From: Macrostomum lignano | Lineage: Eukaryota | Direction of reading: 5' to 3' | Assembly: GCA_002269645.1 (NCBI GenBank) | Contig: NIVC01000691.1 | Span: forward strand, 1-64,000 | Length of the DNA stretch: 64,000 bases | The notes under the pieces: generated by a model | Databases searched by the model: none | Told to the model about the DNA's origin: nothing | What the model saw: the letters and a program-made list of their open reading frames with translations, nothing else | Made by a program: the position numbers and the translations under genes | Part shown: piece by piece, positions 59,995 through 64,000 of the stretch | How positions within the stretch are numbered: position 1 is the first letter of the stretch | How the letters are laid out: each line of letters starts with the position of its first letter

Positions 59995-62943
59995 CTAAAC
60001 CAGAGTTACTTTCATTTTGCTACTCCGCAGAGGTGGCACCGTTTTCTTCAGCCGCTCGCGATAAATTCTCACCTTCTCTCTCGCAGCAGAAGCAGGGTTG
60101 GAGGCGTTGACTTTCGGCAGGGCCAAACCAAACCTTCTGAACATCTCCAGCAGCTCATTTTCATTGGCAACATCTACCAAATCAAGCGCGTTTGCATTGA
60201 TGAGCTGAATTAGATACTCACGGTAGTGCCTGTCACATATACCTGGCTTGTTATGAGTAACTTTTTCGGTACAAGGACAGATTGTCAACTTTCCGTCCAT
60301 CTTCAAGTCAGGAAGCTCACAAGCTTTGCCAAACTTTGACCACACGTCGCTCACTTTGATCTTACTTTTCTTCAGCAAATCAAGTAGAGTCGTCTGTTTC
60401 ACTTGCTTCAAATTAAAGTAGCACTGGCGATGGTGGTGCACATGAAGTCCCTTAATCGGGCAGAAGTCGTGTGGTCTAATCTGAGGGCTTCGACAAAATG
60501 GACAGAATGAATGCCCACATCTGCAGTGAAACACAGGAACTCCAGATTTGGACACGCGTTGGTAGCAATGATTGCAATTTGGGCAAACCAAATCAAAAGT
60601 CAGAAGCTCCATCATCTGATCGTGCAGCTTTGCGTCAGTAGGCGAGAGGACTTGCTTCTGGGCAGCTACGTGCATTTTATTATCTCGTTTTTGACGAATG
60701 CGTGCTGCATGAACACGATAACTGTTGCAGTCCATCCGATAGTGATCAGTCCAGAACCCGAAGCATTGCTTGCAGACATCCTGTTTGCAATGTTTGCAGT
60801 AAATTTCGGACTGCCGAGTGTCCCTTTTCGGTAGTCCACTATTCCCATGGGGACAATAACCATTCGAAGTGTTTGATGGAACTGTCGAGGCATCTTTTGA
60901 GGCTTTTGGTTTTTTTCTTTTCGTGCCTGGGGCTTCGACCACTTCCCAACCTTCGTCGCTATTTTGGCTTGAATTATCTTCAAGGTGCGCCACTGCATAC
61001 TCCACAGTGTCAGAGCCAAGCACATCCGCCATTTCCATCAGCTGCATCCTCATGAAATCCCGACTGTCTTCATCATCGCACACACCCTGGCAGACAGGGC
61101 ACTGAATTCTGCTGCTTTTCAGATCAAGAAGAAATTTCCGAAAACACTCTGGACACATCTGGCACTCGCATGCTGCCATGGCAACAAGTTTGTGACGCGG
61201 TAACTCATTCGAACAGCGGTTGCACTTGCGACGCAGTTGGCTCATCAGAGCATAGTCTTCGAACGCCAGGCCGCCACACGACTCAATCGCAATCGCAAGG
61301 TCCGATTCAGAAAACTCTTTAAACTTGGGCATGCTTTTGACAACCAGAATTCTCTCTGCTACCCAGTCTTCCACTCTGAGCTGCGAAGCCAGGTTTTGAG
61401 CTCTATCGGACCATTCGGTAGAATCGCTTCCAGCCGCTCCGACTGCATCACTGGCGGCTGCTGCGGCTGCGGAGGTCAGCATGGACGCTGCAGCAACGGC
61501 TTCACTGCGAGCGACTGCGCCTCCTTTAGTGGCGCCGCCACTGAGTTCGGTAGTCTGTGAGCAAGCAGAGCAAATTGCAAGGCTATTTTCTGGCTGCGAT
61601 GGAGCCGGGTTCACCAGCGTGCAGTGCTTGCAGACCCAGTTGCCATCACTTTGAGAATTGTTTTCTTGGAAATTTTGAGAGGCTACTTTTGACGGAATAT
61701 TTGTTGCATGATGCTCATGTAGTTGCCGATTCTGTTCTTGCTGTTGCTCTCTCTGCTGCTGCTCTCTTTGCTGTTGCTCTTTCTGCTGCTGCTCTCTTTG
61801 CTGTTGCTCTCTCTGCTGTTGCTCTCTCTGCTGTTGCCCTCTCTGCTGTTGCTTTCTCTGCTGTTGCTCTCTCTGCTGTTGCTTTCTCTGCTGTTGCTCT
61901 CTCTGCTGTTGCTCTCTCTGCTGTTGCTCTCTCTGCTGTTGCTCTCTCTGCTGTTGCTCTCTCTGCTGTTGCTCTCTTTGCTGCAGCTCTCTCTGCTGTT
62001 GCTCTCTTTGCTGCAGCTCTCTCTGCTGTTGCTCTCTCTGCTGTTGCTCTCTCTGCTGTTGCTCTCTCTGCTGTTGCTCTCTCTGCTGTTTCTCTCTCTG
62101 CTGTTGCTCTCTCTGCTGTTGCTCTCTCTGCTGTTGCTCTCTCTGCTGTTGCTCTCTCTGCTGTTGCTCTCTCTGCTGTTTCTCTCTCTGCTGCTGCTCT
62201 CTCTGCCGTTGCTGAAGATTATTGAGATACCGTCTCTGCTGCTCATAAGAATCATTTGCTCTATCTTGACCTTGAAATTGACCTTGCTGATTTTTTACGT
62301 CTAAAAGTGAATTCTGGTGCGCATTCTTATTGCTTTTAAAATCTTGGTCACTACCATTAGTATCTGTACGGCCAACACTGTGAGCAGCATTGCCAGGCTT
62401 CTGATGAGCCGGTGCCCGAGAATCGAATGTTCCGCTCGATCCTCGATCAGACTCGCCAGGCGAAAGAGCTGACGAATAAGAAGCAGACTGAGCGGAACCA
62501 CCAGGTACTGTCGGTTTAGCAACACCTGTGCCAGAGTTTGGCCAATTATTGTTGCTACCCGCAGGAGGACTGGCTTCCTTCAACTCAATCGGAGGTGCTC
62601 CATCACTCTTGCCACAAACGCTGCATATCCTTCGCGTAGAATCCTCGTTGATGAAAGTGCAGAATTGGCACTGCCAGCCACCGCTGCTGCTAGAAGCAGG
62701 TGGCGGAGATGTTGGTTGAGGCGGTGGCGGTCGTTTTGGCGGCGTGCGGCCTGACTGGGGAGATCGTGAAGGACCAGCGGCCGGCCCGGGCTGGTAGGGT
62801 CTGGTCTGGTGATTTTTCCGATTCGGATGGTTGTGCCAAATCTGGTCGCAGCTTTTGCACAGCAGATTCCGGCTGCAGCCGGCTGTTTCGCACTGCACTT
62901 CGGCTGGGTAATCGCCACAAAAGCTACAGTCTACTGTAGCCAT
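59995..62943 (-). CDS. RNF31: RNF31/HOIP (LUBEL-like) RBR protein A, single exon, 982 aa; predicted catalytically dead
   Basis: B-box CSFCGDYPA...CKSCDQIWHNHPNRKNH; NZF WQCQFCTFIN...CSVC and WVCKHCTLVN...CSAC; UBA-like region; RING1 CNRCSNELPRHKLVAMAACECQMCPECF...CPVC (HOIP as recalled: CAVCGWALPHNRMQALTSCECTICPDCF); IBR; RING2 CPNC...FHCRCGHSFCPFC; LDD HHHRQCYFNL...GICDRHYREYLIQLINANALD (HOIP: GLCQAHYKEYLVSLINAHSLD). No PUB domain seen. Confidence 0.9.
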   Translation of the reverse strand: MATVDCSFCGDYPAEVQCETAGCSRNLLCKSCDQIWHNHPNRKNHQTRPYQPGPAAGPSRSPQSGRTPPKRPPPPQPTSPPPASSSSGGWQCQFCTFINEDSTRRICSVCGKSDGAPPIELKEASPPAGSNNNWPNSGTGVAKPTVPGGSAQSASYSSALSPGESDRGSSGTFDSRAPAHQKPGNAAHSVGRTDTNGSDQDFKSNKNAHQNSLLDVKNQQGQFQGQDRANDSYEQQRRYLNNLQQRQREQQQREKQQREQQQREQQQREQQQREQQQREQQQREKQQREQQQREQQQREQQQREQQQRELQQREQQQRELQQREQQQREQQQREQQQREQQQREQQQREQQQRKQQQREQQQRKQQQRGQQQREQQQREQQQREQQQKEQQQREQQQREQQQEQNRQLHEHHATNIPSKVASQNFQENNSQSDGNWVCKHCTLVNPAPSQPENSLAICSACSQTTELSGGATKGGAVARSEAVAAASMLTSAAAAAASDAVGAAGSDSTEWSDRAQNLASQLRVEDWVAERILVVKSMPKFKEFSESDLAIAIESCGGLAFEDYALMSQLRRKCNRCSNELPRHKLVAMAACECQMCPECFRKFLLDLKSSRIQCPVCQGVCDDEDSRDFMRMQLMEMADVLGSDTVEYAVAHLEDNSSQNSDEGWEVVEAPGTKRKKPKASKDASTVPSNTSNGYCPHGNSGLPKRDTRQSEIYCKHCKQDVCKQCFGFWTDHYRMDCNSYRVHAARIRQKRDNKMHVAAQKQVLSPTDAKLHDQMMELLTFDLVCPNCNHCYQRVSKSGVPVFHCRCGHSFCPFCRSPQIRPHDFCPIKGLHVHHHRQCYFNLKQVKQTTLLDLLKKSKIKVSDVWSKFGKACELPDLKMDGKLTICPCTEKVTHNKPGICDRHYREYLIQLINANALDLVDVANENELLEMFRRFGLALPKVNASNPASAAREKVRIYRERLKKTVPPLRSSKMKVTLV
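61735..62205. repeat. Coding 15-bp tandem repeat (QQREQ, about 30 units) in HOIP-like gene A
   Basis: Plus-strand unit CTGTTGCTCTCTCTG. Confidence 0.95.
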
Positions 62944-63180
62944 ACTGCGCTCAGTGGGAGTATTGACTGCTTGGTTAATATTTGATTGACTTAAAAAAGG
63001 TTGGCTCTAAATAATCCCAGACTAAGCTATTTAGAACCAGATGAAACCTCGTTTGAAAGTTGTAAAACTGTGAGCCTTGGTGAACTTTTTTTACTGTCGT
63101 TACTATTTGAAATCATTATGGAGTCTCAAAAAATAACACCTCAGAACAATAAAATAACTAATATTTGATTAAACCTGCCC

Positions 63181-63469
63181 CAATTAGGCCAGATGTGCAA
63201 CCGACATCTCAGCCGCAGCTATTGCGCGGCGCATCTGAAGGCTGCGTACGGCTGTACAGTACAAGGACCTGGGGGGTTACTCCACACTCCCTCAATTACA
63301 CACTGAATTACCCTAGCTAATGCTGGCACCTATTTTACAGCTGGGTGAACTGAAGCAATGCAGAGCTGAGTTTCTTGCTCAAGGACACAAATCCCCCCGA
63401 GTAGGTCGAGAATCGAACCCCCGACCTTTATCTCGTGCGTCCGACGCTCTATAACCACGAGGCTACAAC
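63181..63469 (-). mobile_element. tRNA-derived SINE, more complete copy
   Basis: The minus strand begins with A-box-like TAGCCTCGTGG and B-box GGTTCGATTCT. The body (CAGCTGGGTGAACTGAAGCAATGCAGAG; GCCAGATGTGCAACCGACA...TGCGTACGGCTGT) is shared with 30808-31061. Confidence 0.75.
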
Positions 63470-64000
63470 CTTCATTGATGAATTTATTATTATGACCAAA
63501 TAATGCGGTACATATTTCTACTCTAATGCTTGTGCTATTATTAAGTGGAAGCTAAAAAACTACATTTAATGTTGCCTGTTGGAGTAAAACTATTAAAAAT
63601 CTGAAAATCATTTCAAACCAACATCCGTTTGGTACACATAAGAATCTCATTAAATACGCACATTTATTTAACATATTCAGCACATTGATTGCAAATATTG
63701 GCAACAGTAAGCAAATAGAAAGCGCGTTTTTTCATCGACTGGCTAATATTTCCGCGAGTTATTTATTCAAAACCTCATGTGAGGTTTTGAGGTCTATTTG
63801 TACCTTTACCATCAGTATAGTATCATCAGTCTGTAACAGTCTATTTTAATTTATTGATATATTGCTCAATAGTAAAAATCTTCTAAACAGACTGATAATC
63901 AAAAAAGTACAATACGAGTATTGATTTCCTATTTAAGGCTGCGATCAACGACCAGCTTGCATCAATCAGGTCGAGTCCATTAGATGCAGTATAACAGAAT

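Noticed and set aside
61557-62304. Alternative-frame and antisense ORFs (poly-Leu, SAVAL, RESNS)
   Set aside because: They are other frames of the 15-bp repeat inside the 982-aa gene.

Overview
This is animal (eukaryotic) genomic DNA, not prokaryotic: GT-AG spliced genes with GC-rich exons sit among many unrelated mini- and microsatellites. The gene content and style suggest a lophotrochozoan, plausibly a free-living flatworm such as Macrostomum, but this is not proven from the sequence. From left to right: (1) the last 12 recognisable exons of a jitterbug-type filamin (minus, about 13 Ig repeats, one 1-nt frameshift); (2) a two-exon divergent ANTP/NK-like homeobox gene with an eh1 motif (plus); (3) a RING/B-box/coiled-coil/NHL (TRIM-NHL) gene (minus); (4) a Cys-loop anion channel locus (GlyR/GluCl-like, minus); (5) three tandem intronless RNF31/HOIP-derived zinc-finger genes (minus). 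The channel locus has two paralogous exons, each encoding signal peptide, whole extracellular domain, M1 and M2, that end at the same phase-2 donor position, but only one M3-M4 exon. This suggests a protocadherin/UGT1-like variable-exon plus constant-exon design. In the HOIP array, the only gene with RING2-LDD has lost the catalytic Cys and His, and the other two are domain-shuffled derivatives with no RING2. Transposon relics include a Tc1/mariner MITE with a visible empty site, an internally deleted mariner, two copies of a tRNA-derived SINE and a Ty3/gypsy RNase H fragment. All exon boundaries and alignments were made by eye.
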